From: Candidatus Bathyarchaeota archaeon
GTDB taxonomy: Archaea > Thermoproteota > Bathyarchaeia > Bathyarchaeales > Bathycorpusculaceae
Direction: 5' to 3'
Assembly: GCA_963750605.1 (NCBI GenBank)
Contig: CAVVRN010000018.1
Location: forward strand, 49,680 to 113,679
DNA: 64,000 nt
Positions 1 through 10,679 of this stretch are shown here, piece by piece (within the stretch, counting starts at the first letter, position 1; each line of letters opens with the position of its first letter). A model generated the notes under the pieces. That model saw only the letters and a program-made list of their open reading frames with translations. It was not told the origin of the DNA and made no database searches. The translations under genes were made by a program, and so were the position numbers.

Positions 1-1075
1 GTACAAGCCAAAAAACAAACGTTATAGAACTCAATGAAGCCAGCCACCCAGTTCCTGACGAAGCAGGAGTAGGGGGCACTTTACGCATTATGGCGTATAG
101 CTGAACAAGCAAAAGAAGATGATTTAGTTATTTGCCTGATTTCAGGTGGCGGGTCAAGTCTCATGCCGCTCCCTATCAAAGGCATATCCCTTAAGGATAA
201 ACAATCACTTACAAATGCGCTTCTCAAAAGCGGCGCCGAAATAACCGAAATCAACACTGTCCGAAAACATCTTTCAGCGTTTAAAGGTGGATGGCTAGCA
301 AAAAAAGCTTATCCAGCAACGCTCCTAAACCTTGTACTCTCAGATGTCATGGGAGACCCACTTGATTCAATCGCCTCTGGTCCGACAGTTCCTGATAAAT
401 CAACATTTAATGATGCCAAAAAAATCCTTGAAAAATATGATTTATGGTTGAAGGCACCAGTTTCTATTCGCAAGATTCTTTCAGAAGGCGCAAGAGGTCT
501 GCTTCAGGAGACACCTAAACCAAATGATATTGTTTTTGAAAAAGTTCACAATTTAGTGATTGGTAACAACCGAACCGCTAGCTTGGCCGCCATTGACTTC
601 TTAGCGTTCTAAAGGACTTAACACATTATTATTAGCTGATATGTTGAAGGGAGAGGCTAAGGAAGTTGGGAAAGCATTAGCAAAACTTGCTAGTGAAGGT
701 TTTGTCTGCACCGGTACTTCTAGATCTCTGGGTGTTGTCGCTGGTGGAGAAACAACTGTAACCGTTAGAGGAAAAGGGGTGGGCGGCAGAAATCAGGAAC
801 TGGCATTGTCCGCCGCTTTGAACCTTAAAGAATCTGATGAATGCGTAATTGCTTCTTTTAGCACAGACGGAGTCGATGGACCAACAGATGCTGCAGGAGC
901 AATTATTGATGGATCCACGCTAAAACGAGCAAGGCAATTAGGGTTGGATCCGGAAAAATATATTGCCAATAATGATTCCTACAGTTTTTTCTCAAAACTT
1001 GGCGACCTTATCTGCACAGGAGCGACAGGGACCAATGTTAACGATATATCTGTGATTATTGCCTTGAAAGATTAA
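1..1075 (+). CDS. gck: Glycerate 2-kinase (GckA/TtuD, MOFRL family), 5'-truncated by the window and split by frameshifts
   Basis: LISGGGSSL, INTVRKHLS..KGG, SDVMGD...IASGPT, GGETTV..GGRNQE, TDGVDG and TGTNVND motifs across ORFs 163-612 and 641-1075. Confidence 0.9.
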
Positions 1076-1187
1076 TTTACCTATAGGACGTCGGATTACT
1101 TTCAACTTTTTCTTTAATATTTATTATCATTTTGAAGAATCTAAAGTATTAAGATAGCAATTATGAGCGAATGCTATTTTAGAATGC

Positions 1188-2447
1188 ATGCATAATGCAG
1201 GTGGAACAAGTATGAATAAAGAAGATTCCGCATTATCGTTGGATGCCCAAGTATATCTTCATGACATAGAAAAAGCAGATATCTTGGTAGGAATTCCGTC
1301 TTTCAATAATGTGCTGACAGCAAGTTATGTTATTTCTCAAGTTACTAAGGGTTTAGACACTTATTTTCCCAAATTTAAGTCAGTAATCTTTGTGTCAGAT
1401 GGAAACTCAAAGGATGAAACGTTGACCTCAGTCAAGAAACTATATTTGCCTTCCGAGGTGAAGCTAATTCCAGCCATTTACATGGGAATATCGGGGAAAG
1501 GAAGGGCCGTTAGGGCTATTTTTGAGGCGGCAACTCAGTTAGAAGTAAAAAGTGTTGCCCTAGTAGATTCAGATTTACGCAGCATAACTCCCGAGTGGAT
1601 GCGACTGTTAATTGCCCCGACAATGGAAGGAACAGGTTTTGTAGCACCCTACTACAACCGACGCAAATATGACGGAACAATAACCAACTTTTTATGTTAT
1701 CCAGTAACAAAAAGCCTTTTCGGCAAAGACATCAGGCAACCCATAGGCGGAGATTTTGGTCTTTCTATCGAATTGGTAAAAGACCTTTTAGATTCCTCCA
1801 TGTGGGAGCTTCCAGACGTTTGCCGCTTCGGCATCGACATCTTTGAAACCTATACTGCACTTGCAAAAGGATACAAAGTAAAGCAAGCTCGTTTGGGAGT
1901 AAAAAATCATGATGCCAAAGACCCATCCAGTCAATTGGCTTCTATGTTTCGTCAAGTCATCAACATCATGTTTACTTCAATAGAATGCTATGAGTCAGTT
2001 TGGAAAGCAATAGAGGGTGTTTCCACCACAGAATTATTCGGCGATGTAAAAAGCAACAGTACACCCGAACAAATTCAAGTTTCCCTACCCGCTACGATTG
2101 AAGCATTCAAAAACAACTATGACAGCTACGATGCCATTTACAAATCATTTCTAGAACCTGAAATCCTAAATAAATTTGAACAACTTCGACAAATAGAAAC
2201 ATCAAACATTGATTTTCCTTCGGAAATCTGGGCAAAAACGGTTTATTCATTCATCGCAGAATTTCACAAAAACCCAGTTTATGGCAGAGAGAAATTGATA
2301 GATGCTTTGAGGGTGCTTTGGATTGGTAGGATTGCTGCTTTCCTGAAAGAAACTTGGACAGAGTCTGAGGAAGAGTCTGAAGCAAGAGTAGTTGAAGAAG
2401 CAAAAACCTTTGAAAAACTCAAGCACTACTTGATTGACAAATACTAA
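1188..2447 (+). CDS. Glucosylglycerate/mannosylglycerate synthase-like GT (single-step Ggs/MGS family)
   Basis: DILVGIPSFNN, DG.S.D.T, GKG, DSDLRSITPEW, Y.R.KYDGTITN, IRQPIGGDFG and FGIDI motifs; neighbours are gck, gpgP and gpgS. Confidence 0.8.
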   Translation: MHNAGGTSMNKEDSALSLDAQVYLHDIEKADILVGIPSFNNVLTASYVISQVTKGLDTYFPKFKSVIFVSDGNSKDETLTSVKKLYLPSEVKLIPAIYMGISGKGRAVRAIFEAATQLEVKSVALVDSDLRSITPEWMRLLIAPTMEGTGFVAPYYNRRKYDGTITNFLCYPVTKSLFGKDIRQPIGGDFGLSIELVKDLLDSSMWELPDVCRFGIDIFETYTALAKGYKVKQARLGVKNHDAKDPSSQLASMFRQVINIMFTSIECYESVWKAIEGVSTTELFGDVKSNSTPEQIQVSLPATIEAFKNNYDSYDAIYKSFLEPEILNKFEQLRQIETSNIDFPSEIWAKTVYSFIAEFHKNPVYGREKLIDALRVLWIGRIAAFLKETWTESEEESEARVVEEAKTFEKLKHYLIDKY

Positions 2448-2462
2448 TGATTTAACGTTCTT

Positions 2463-3226
2463 CTACTGAGCTCGAGCAATCGACTCGATTTCTTTCCAAA
2501 TGGCTTTTTTATCAGCTGTTTTATTTACAAAAAAGGGTTTATCAACAATTTTTAGCATAGTTAAATCATTAGCGCTATCTCCAACGCCGATACTGAAGAT
2601 TCTTTTAAACTGCTGCAAATACAGGTTTTTTAAAATTGACGTTGCTTTTCCTTTGTCACAATTTCCCAGAGCATGCAGATATCTTCCACCCTTAGTATAG
2701 CAAAGGCCTTCACTGCTAATTGCGTCTAAAACCTCTTTTTCAGTTCCATCTAAAATTTTGAATGGTTCACTATATTCTCTTTTTTTAGCAAGTTGCGCCA
2801 AATAAAGGGGCAACCCGCTGTCTTTTGCAATCTCTTCCGCAGTCATATCTCCAAACCCCACAATGTTAGCGCCTGTTCGATTTCTCACAATGCATCTAGT
2901 TTTTCACGGATAATACGGTAAGCAGTACCAAGTTCAATTATATTGTAGCCTTGCACCCGCCTTGTAAATTCGTAATGTATCCCAAAATAATTCTCAGGTA
3001 TCAGGATTGCTGAACCATTTTCAATGATAAATGGATCAGTTATCTGCCATTTGTTTCTGTAAAAATCAATTTCATTTCTTGTTTTACTGCTGGCAAAAAC
3101 AATGGAGACGTTTAGCGATAGAAGCTGATGAATAATTGGTTCTATTTGATCGTATTCATACTTATCGTTTAAGAGACTTCCATCAAGGTCTGCGAAAACA
3201 ATAATCTTTTTACCTTCAGGTTTCAA
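2463..3226 (-). CDS. Mannosyl/glucosyl-3-phosphoglycerate phosphatase (HAD-IIB), frameshifted near 2886
   Basis: DLDGSLL, SSKT..E, ENGS, REYSEPF, GGRY.H, DKG.A and GDS.ND..ML. Confidence 0.88.
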
Positions 3227-4402
3227 TGGCTTTTTCCCTGAGCCTTTCTCGGATATCAGGCATAGCTGCCATAGTTCTTAACCAATCTGGCAATTGAGCT
3301 TTTACTGGGTTAGCCAAATATTTTTTTCCACCTGAGATAATAACTGAAGACAATGCATCTACGGTAGCTTCTTCTTCATGCCTGTCAAAATCAAGATTAT
3401 TGCATGTAGCATCAGCATGATACTGCCTTATTTTATCCTGCGCCAACCGCCTATAAGCCACATGAAGACTGGTGAGAAAAGGTTCAGAGACATCTATGTT
3501 TTCGGTTTCAGTTAAAGTTCTCAATAAAGTTACGAAACTATCTTCAGCGGTTTTCATTAATTCGTTGGCTTCAATCTGCTTATGTCTATGATCATAGAAT
3601 CCAAGGTCAATTTGGCAGATACGCCCGTAAGAAGCATTTCTATAAACCTCAGACAGCAATCCGAGTTCAAGCCCCCAATCACTTGGCACTCTAAGATGCG
3701 TAGCTAAGTCGCTGTAGAGCGCCATTTCACCTGCAAGCGGATAACTAAAAGACTGCAAATATATTAGAAATCTTGAATAACGAAGTTTCTCCTGAAGAAC
3801 CTCTAGTAAAGGATTGATAAATAATCTATGAATCCGACCATACAACTTCTTTTTAGTTTCATCAATACGCGCATAATATCCTTTGGAAAAGAAAAAGTCA
3901 AGCTTAGGTTCAATAATGGGGTATAGCAGCTTCGTGGGCAGCATTTTGGTATAGGATACAATGTCGGCATCATGTACTGCAAAAGCAAAAAGATCAAGTG
4001 AAGCTATACCCATTGCTATCCACACGTCTTTGCCTTTCCCAGATAACTGAGTAACATCAAGACCTTTTCTTTTAAGTTCTTCCAAAACAGTTATTACTTC
4101 AGGTTTGTTGCACCAAACCACTTCGCACGGAACCTTGAATGACCGACTTAACCTCAAAGCTTCTTCATAATCACCGGGTCCCGTGGATGAAAGAGCTACA
4201 AAAACCTTACTCAGATAATCGCATTGATTTATTTCATCAACAATTTTCTTTAGGCCTGGACTTTCAATATCACTTCCAAGAATTGGTATAATTAAGCCTG
4301 AAGGAAACTTTTCTTTAAGACTTCTGAGTTCGATCGGACATTGAAATTAAAGTCTAAATAGAAGTCGTGTATGGTTGCAATCTTTTTCTGATCGATATTC
4401 AT
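3216..4402 (-). CDS. gpgS: Glucosyl-3-phosphoglycerate synthase, 5' part frameshifted
   Basis: N-terminus MNIDQKKIATIHDF read from 4402; GKGKDVW, HDADI, KGYYAR, GR..RLF, YPLAGE and DWGLE.G.L.EV. Confidence 0.8.
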
Positions 4403-4926
4403 TCTTATCGCTACGGTAATATCTCATAATAATATAAATTATTATTCATCAAATTTTTGTTTGTGTCATCTCTATAGAATTAGAGTTTATTCCTCTTGTT
4501 GTCTCAGCCTCGACAATTATCGTGATGGCTATCGCCACTATTCTTATATTGTTTCTTGAGGTAAGCCTGATTTATTTCCACGAATCTTGTGACAAAAGAA
4601 GGATAAGAGTCATACGACCCATTTTGTCAGCGCGTTATCATTTTCTTTTGGCTTTTTTTTATCTCTGCTGCCATTCCTTTTTTCCTTTGTTTTTCGTTTG
4701 GTTTACTTTTTTTGTTTCGTCTTGAGACTTCTTTTTTGCTTTGTTTTTTATTTTGATTGCCCTCCTTATAATATCAAATATCTTGCGCCCTTATCCGCTT
4801 TGCCTTCCGCATCCCCGATTTGTGCAAAACTCAATCAACTTTTCTTCTTAAGCGTTTGTTTCAACATGTTTTAGGATAACTTCATGAATCCGAATGACTA
4901 GTCTATTATCAGAAGGAGATATCTAC

Positions 4927-5052
4927 ATGAGTAAGAAAGGAGAAACTGGAGAACAAGATCGAGGAAAGCCTCAGCCTCAAAAAAAGAAGGATAGAGATAC
5001 CAAACGCAAAGAAAAAAAGTCAGCCAGACTTGAAAGGCAAAAGTCCAGATAG
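4927..5052 (+). CDS. 41-aa Lys/Arg-rich small protein
   Basis: GAAGGAG SD upstream of the ATG; MSKKGETGEQDRGKPQPQKKKDRDTKRKEKKSARLERQKSR. Confidence 0.5.
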   Translation: MSKKGETGEQDRGKPQPQKKKDRDTKRKEKKSARLERQKSR

Positions 5053-5171
5053 ATATTAGAAATACTCATAAATTCCAATCCTAGTTTTTGAATTTAAGTT
5101 ATCTGTCATTTTTATCTAGATTGTTTTTAAGACCCGTTTTCATTTCTCTTAGCATCCGTTGAGCCTTTCAT

Positions 5172-5666
5172 ATGCAAAAAATCAAATTATTGATTCCAGT
5201 AACATTGGCTGCTTTGCTATTAGCATCATTGATAACTCCTTTAGTGTTAGCTACCAATGTTTCAACTTTTACTCTTAACTATTCATCAAAACAGTTAGGC
5301 TTCGCGTTACCTCAAGGAACAACATTTAATGGGACAATCTCCACCACTGGACTTCTTCGCTTTTTCGTGAGCGGACCCAACGGAGCTGAAATTGTAAACC
5401 TGGGCATAATTGATAAAAACGCAGCGTTCAATTTTACTGCACAGCAAAATGGTACCTACCTGTTGAATTTCGAGAACGATTTGCCTAACTCGATTCAAGT
5501 AACATTCTCGTATGTGACAAACCCTGCGCTCTCCAGTGGGAACAATTCAACCGGTGTGTCTCTGGATTACCTGCCGATACCCATAATTATTGCGGTAATT
5601 GGCAGCCTCCTGATAATCTTTGCCGTACGTCGTAAAAAAAACCACTCATATAAAGTCCATAATTAG
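5172..5666 (+). CDS. Secreted GOLD/emp24-like beta-sandwich protein with C-terminal TM anchor
   Basis: Signal peptide, F.V..PNG, F.FTAQQNGTY.L.F.N, C-terminal hydrophobic helix followed by RRKK. Confidence 0.65.
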   Translation: MQKIKLLIPVTLAALLLASLITPLVLATNVSTFTLNYSSKQLGFALPQGTTFNGTISTTGLLRFFVSGPNGAEIVNLGIIDKNAAFNFTAQQNGTYLLNFENDLPNSIQVTFSYVTNPALSSGNNSTGVSLDYLPIPIIIAVIGSLLIIFAVRRKKNHSYKVHN

Positions 5667-5694
5667 ATTTTAGTGTTCTTTTGTTTGTTCTTTT

Positions 5695-6793
5695 CTATTT
5701 TTCAACCTTTTTTCGCGTATTTTCTATCCTCTTTTTGAGGTCTTCAGGTCTGGCGGAAAGCAAGTTTTTTGCTCCAACAATTTGCACGCAAACGAAGCCC
5801 ACAAATAAGGGGAACCAGAAACCTGCGCTTCTAAGAACTACAGCTGCGATGCCACTTATTCCAGGGTTTATTCCGTACAGCAAGAAAATTGTTGCCAAAA
5901 GAATCTCAAGTGAACCAACTGAGAAGCTGGCTGCTGCATCCTGCACTGCTACGGCTATGAAGAACACAACGATGTAGAATTCAGGATTTGCCGAGGGAAT
6001 TCCCAAGGCGTAAAAAATTAGGATGTAGACTGATAACCCTAAGATATAGGAAATTGAGTGAAAGAAAAAAGGTTTTATTAATAATCTCGGTTTTTCACGG
6101 AAAGTTCGGAACCCGTCGTAAAAGTCTGAGAGCGATTTTTTGGTTTTTTCTATTTTGCTTAGACGATATCGTCTTGGACTAACGATTTTGAGCAGTTTTA
6201 AATAAAATATCGTAATGTTTTTTGCAGCCTCTTTAAAAAATGCTAAATACAGAAGAACTCCCATGTAGATCGTTACACCTACTAAAAATAGGATGAAAAC
6301 ATTTCCTATGGACGATGAAACGCTGGGTTTCAAAAATATCAGTACTGCTCCACTGTATAATCCAACGGTTACTACTGTGTAGGCAACTATTCGGTTAGTT
6401 ACAGCTGCCGAAGCAAGGGCACCATAATTTTCATGTGTCTCTTTTTGAACCAGGTATAATCTTGTTAATTCGCCGCAAACGGTGGCGCAGGGAACCACTA
6501 AATCTGTAAAGTAGCTAACCCAATAATACAAGTAGGCTCGTCTATAGGAAACGTGGATTGAAAGCCCTCTGAGTATGTTGTTCCAAGCCACTGACCAAAA
6601 AAATACTGACGCAAGAACTGCAGCTAAGCGCTAGGGAATAATAAAATGCGTATTGAGTTGAGTTAACATTTTTTAAAACTAACTCTATCTGGGATATGCC
6701 AATATAGAAGTAAAGATAAATGAGTAAAACTATCAAGCCTATAATCATGAACAGAACGGATTTTTTAACCGAAACATATCGCGCAAAAGCCAA
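5695..6793 (-). CDS. UPF0104/lysylphosphatidylglycerol-synthase-TM (flippase-like) membrane protein, frameshifted
   Basis: Multiple TM helices; W...L, P.....GE..R and GSLE...R...FWFP patterns. Confidence 0.8.
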
Positions 6794-7089
6794 ATTAAAT
6801 TCACACTTTAAATTTTATCGTAATTTGTTACTAATTTACATCTGTCTTTAGGGTTATATGCTTTTTCTGCCAAGTAAACGATAATTTAAGACTCAAAAAA
6901 AGTACATGTCCATAGGTGTTTTGTAGAAAAACAAAATGTATTCAATATTCCACGAATCAATTCAAAGCTTTAGAAGTCAATAATGCATTTTCTTCTATTC
7001 CAAAAAGAGAGCATAACGTTGTAAACTTGAAATTATAGGAAAAGAAAATAAGCGCCTGTTACTAAAATGATAATAGGTTCTGTTAAATT

Positions 7090-7506
7090 ATGTATGACGG
7101 TTATTTACTGATTTGCAATAAATCTTCGCTGAAACAATGTTTAAGCAAGAAACTATATACTTGCGCAAGCAAGGAAACAAAAGTTTTAGAAGAAATTAAG
7201 TCAGGGACAGTGGTTTTTCTCTACAATACTGACGATAAAAGTTTGCTTGGTCCGTTTACTACGTTGCCTGAAGGCGACGAATTGGATGCTGGCACTTGGG
7301 TAATGGATGTAGATGAAAACAACATGCCTTACGAAGATGTTAAAGTAACTTGGGAAGACCTTCATATCCTTCAAAATGCCCCTGAGAAAATGCCGTTTCT
7401 AAATGACCCTAAAACATGCAAGCTATCAACCACTCAAACACAACGAGCGCTGGATCTGTTAAAAGAGGGCCAACTCTATCTGTATGAAAAAGATGCGAAA
7501 AAATAA
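7090..7506 (+). CDS. DCD-domain-like (PUA/EVE-superfamily) protein
   Basis: GYLLICN..S...CL.KKLY...IK.G..VFLYN.D...L.GPF resembles the DCD consensus. Confidence 0.6.
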   Translation: MYDGYLLICNKSSLKQCLSKKLYTCASKETKVLEEIKSGTVVFLYNTDDKSLLGPFTTLPEGDELDAGTWVMDVDENNMPYEDVKVTWEDLHILQNAPEKMPFLNDPKTCKLSTTQTQRALDLLKEGQLYLYEKDAKK

Positions 7507-7513
7507 TCTGAAT

Positions 7514-7702
7514 TTACTGTGTTTTTAGTTTTTTTGCTTCTAAGCTAATTATTTTGTGGCAGTTGATGCAGCGAGTAAAAGTAAACTCAAAACCATTGAG
7601 GATGTCAAAGCATCTTTCTGTATATACCATCTGTTCATGTTTACAAATAGTTTGGGTAGTATCTACTGTCCTTTCGGTCGCCATTCTCCTTTCTTTCTCC
7701 AT
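7514..7702 (-). CDS. Small Cys/His (zinc-ribbon-like) hypothetical protein
   Basis: CKH...C...CINC in 62 aa. Confidence 0.5.
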   Translation of the reverse strand: MEKERRMATERTVDTTQTICKHEQMVYTERCFDILNGFEFTFTRCINCHKIISLEAKKLKTQ

Positions 7703-7878
7703 TTTATATCAGCTTTGATAAAGTAATAACTCTTTTCCCTCTTCAAAAACTGCATATTCAATAAGACGAATGTAGGTTATCAGCTATTATTTTTTGGATG
7801 AACAAAACAGGAGCTTAATGTGAAACGTTAAATATCCTATTCTTTTGAATTAAAAGCATATCTCTTGGAGAAATAGGC

Positions 7879-8949
7879 GTGAAAAATAAAGGACCCCTCT
7901 TCATTGTTCCATGGCGGTGCACTTTCGCATGTGACAGTAATTGTGTGCACTGTATTTCTGCGAACAAACCCGCTGTTTCCGATGAAGTTGATACTGCAGG
8001 CGCAATGAAAATTGTTGATGAAGTTTACGATTTCGGCGCAACCTTCTTTGGTGTCACGGGAGGGCAACCGTTTCTGCGCAAGGATCTTTTAGAAGTTATT
8101 GGTTACGCACGAAAGCTTGGTTTGAGTGCAAGCATAATAACTGATGGGCGCTTAATGAATCAGAAAATTTTTGAAGATATTGGTAAAAATAAAGTTAGAA
8201 TTTCGGTCAGTATCGATGGTGCTAAGAAAACTAATGATTCTATTCGCGGAGTGGGCGCTTATGCAGCTGCGCTTTCAGCGATTGAGAAGTTTTCGGAGGC
8301 AAAACTGTTAGACTGCCTTGTGTACACGTTTGCAAACGCTGAAAACTCTGTGACTAACGTGAATGAACAAGATATGCGGCATGTGCTTGAATTAGCTCGT
8401 CAGTATGGGGCTCGATGGGTAGTTTTTCACGGTTTCATACCATATAGTAACGATAAAAAGAGTCTCAGCGCTGATCCTACACCCAAACAGTATGAGTGGG
8501 TTTGCAATAAACTCTATGACTTAACCGAAGAATACGCTGGCAAACCCGAAATTAACGTTTACATTCCTTTCTACGCACGAGTTGCAAAACAGCGAGGCCT
8601 CAAAGATTTCGATAACTGGTACAACAACTTTTTTTTGGGCAGATGTTGGTTCGGAAAATTCTTCAGCATTGCAGAAAACGGTGACGCTATACCTTGCAGC
8701 TACAACGATGCTTACCGCATCGGCAACATTAAGGATAAGTCACTTAAACAAATATGGGATGACATGCAAAACTCGGAGTTCTATACTAAAGCCCGAGACA
8801 AAAACAACATTAAAGGAAAATGCGGTATCTGCGAGTTCAAAGAGCTTTGTGGCGGCTGCAGAACAGCAGCGTTGTTTTACACAGGTGACATTTTAGGGTC
8901 AGATCCAAGATGCGGTTACATCCCTTTAGCTTTAAGAAGTAAAGAATAA
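7879..8949 (+). CDS. Radical SAM/SPASM protein (PqqE/NirJ/AhbD-like)
   Basis: CDSNCVHC, TGGQP, SIDG; SPASM motifs C..G...I..NG...PC and CGICEF...CGGCR..A...DPRC. Confidence 0.9.
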   Translation: MKNKGPLFIVPWRCTFACDSNCVHCISANKPAVSDEVDTAGAMKIVDEVYDFGATFFGVTGGQPFLRKDLLEVIGYARKLGLSASIITDGRLMNQKIFEDIGKNKVRISVSIDGAKKTNDSIRGVGAYAAALSAIEKFSEAKLLDCLVYTFANAENSVTNVNEQDMRHVLELARQYGARWVVFHGFIPYSNDKKSLSADPTPKQYEWVCNKLYDLTEEYAGKPEINVYIPFYARVAKQRGLKDFDNWYNNFFLGRCWFGKFFSIAENGDAIPCSYNDAYRIGNIKDKSLKQIWDDMQNSEFYTKARDKNNIKGKCGICEFKELCGGCRTAALFYTGDILGSDPRCGYIPLALRSKE

Positions 8950-8980
8950 CATTTGAAGTCTCGTTGGATACAAGTAAAAA

Positions 8981-10033
8981 ATGAGAAGGCTATCGAAAAT
9001 AACTAGCATATTCTTCCTTTTATTAGTTCTAGCTGTTTTTCTTTTTATCAACACAAGCTTGTGCCAAGGACCCATAACTTACAGTATTAACGCTGATGGA
9101 ACAATTACACCTAAAACATCGTTCATAACTCTTTCAGGAAATACCTACTGCTTCACCGGTAACTTCAGTGGTTCTATCAATGTTTATGCAAGCAACGTGA
9201 TAATTGACGGAAAGGGCTTCACGCTTCAAGGTTTAGATGGAGTAGGTATTTGGCTCAAAGAAGTAAATAATGTCACAATTAGAAACTTAACTGTAATAGA
9301 TTTTTTTATGAGCGGACTTTACCTTACTTCCTCCAGCAATGATACAATCTATTTTAACAACTTTAGTTCAAACGACTATTGTGGCATAGACTTAGAAAAC
9401 GCATCAAACAACAATAACATCTTTGAAAATACCTTAACGAATAATTGTTTTGCTGGCATTAGGTTAAGCGATAATTCACCTATCCCAAACGTTGGCGCTG
9501 GATCTGATTTTAACCATGTTTATGACAACAAAATAAGCGAGAATCTTGAATATGGCATCTTCGTAGGTAACTCAAGCAATAACAAAATTTACCAAAATGA
9601 CATCTCAAACAATAGTGACGCTGGTATCGGTATCTCTTCTTCTTCTAACAACGAATTTTACCTTAACAATTTGATTGGCAACTCTCCAAATGCCAAAGTT
9701 GGCGGAGAAATTGATTATTTTACTGGTACTGGAATCGGTGGGTCGGGCGCTAACATTTGGGACAATGGTTCAGCTGGCAATTACTGGAGTGACTATAAGG
9801 GCCAAGATTCAAATCATGACGGCATCGGCGACAAAGCATATAGAGTGGATGCTAATAACGTGGATAATTACCCGCTTATGACTTCATTTGGAGTTACAAC
9901 CTTATTGTCTGGAAACAAACAAGTGTCCCAGCCAATCCAAACCGCACTGTTAATCACCATAGTAGGAGTAGCAGCTGCCCTAGTGGGCATTAGTTTATTT
10001 TATAATTTTAAGAAACGACAAAGTCAACGCTAA
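8981..10033 (+). CDS. NosD/CASH parallel beta-helix surface protein with C-terminal TM
   Basis: Signal peptide, repeated GI.L..SSNN.I..N, GNYWSDY.G.D.N.DGIGD..Y and DNYPL. Confidence 0.85.
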   Translation: MRRLSKITSIFFLLLVLAVFLFINTSLCQGPITYSINADGTITPKTSFITLSGNTYCFTGNFSGSINVYASNVIIDGKGFTLQGLDGVGIWLKEVNNVTIRNLTVIDFFMSGLYLTSSSNDTIYFNNFSSNDYCGIDLENASNNNNIFENTLTNNCFAGIRLSDNSPIPNVGAGSDFNHVYDNKISENLEYGIFVGNSSNNKIYQNDISNNSDAGIGISSSSNNEFYLNNLIGNSPNAKVGGEIDYFTGTGIGGSGANIWDNGSAGNYWSDYKGQDSNHDGIGDKAYRVDANNVDNYPLMTSFGVTTLLSGNKQVSQPIQTALLITIVGVAAALVGISLFYNFKKRQSQR

Positions 10034-10165
10034 AGTGCATTTTAGAACAATGAAATACTTCTCTTCAACATTTCTTTGACGGTCGCATTCGTCGTCTATG
10101 CGCATTGTATAGCTTGTTTGTTTTTCGCATTTTTTACAACGTGTTTTGGCTTAGTTTTTTTAAAT

Positions 10166-10275
10166 AAAGCTTAAATCTTTTGCAGGTTGAGTCAAATAAA
10201 GTCAACTGCCGTCAATAGAAGTCCTTTACCGTCAATAGAAGTCAATACAAGTCAATTAAAGTCAAAACAGTTAAC
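10166..10275 (+). promoter_or_regulatory. TATA promoter plus GTCAA direct-repeat array with 10-bp period (cassette A)
   Basis: AAAGCTTAAATCTTTTGCAGGTTGA, then GTC(AA) at 10191, 10201, 10211, 10221, 10231, 10241, 10251 and 10261. Confidence 0.85.
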
Positions 10276-10299
10276 ATACTTTCAAAAAGGTGAATTTAA

Positions 10300-10525
10300 A
10301 TGCCCTTAACAGAAAAAGTTTCATCTAAAACCTTGCTTCAAAAAGGCGACAGAGAGCAAATTCCAAAGTTGACGCGATTGGAGTTCAGCCTTGGATTCTG
10401 ATTAGATTCTGAAAGTTGAGATAGGTTTTTTAGATCTCTATAGAAACTGGCAGATTTTTTATGCAAAAATGGAAAAGGATCGACAAATACCGATTCCAAC
10501 AGAAGTGCAACATATCATCATTTAA
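10300..10525 (+). pseudogene. Degenerate tandem AbrB/MraZ-like gene (cassette A)
   Basis: MPLTEKVSSKTLLQKGDREQIPKL.R.EF, then frameshift and stop, then ILKVEI..WQIFYAKMEKDRQIPIP; homologous to 27635-27927. Confidence 0.8.
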
Positions 10526-10583
10526 TGCTAAACTGAATTGTTTTTGCAGTGAATTGTTGTTTTAGTTTGCTTTCTTTATTTAG

Positions 10584-10661
10584 AGCTTTATTTAGTTGCA
10601 GGTTGAGTGTATAAAAGTGCAAATAAGTGCAGAAAAGTGTGGAAAAGTGCAAAAAAGTGCA
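10584..10661 (+). promoter_or_regulatory. TATA promoter plus AAGTG[C/T] array with 10-bp period (cassette B)
   Basis: AGCTTTATTTAGTTGCAGGTTGA, then GTG(C/T) at 10607, 10617, 10627, 10637, 10647 and 10657. Confidence 0.8.
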
Positions 10662-10679
10662 CAATGAGAATGTTTCAAC

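Noticed and set aside
10191-10275. Periodic repeats as a CRISPR array or simple VNTR
   Set aside because: Units are 10 bp with a 5-bp core and short variable spacers; no 25-40 bp repeats and no cas genes; position is fixed relative to a promoter and gene
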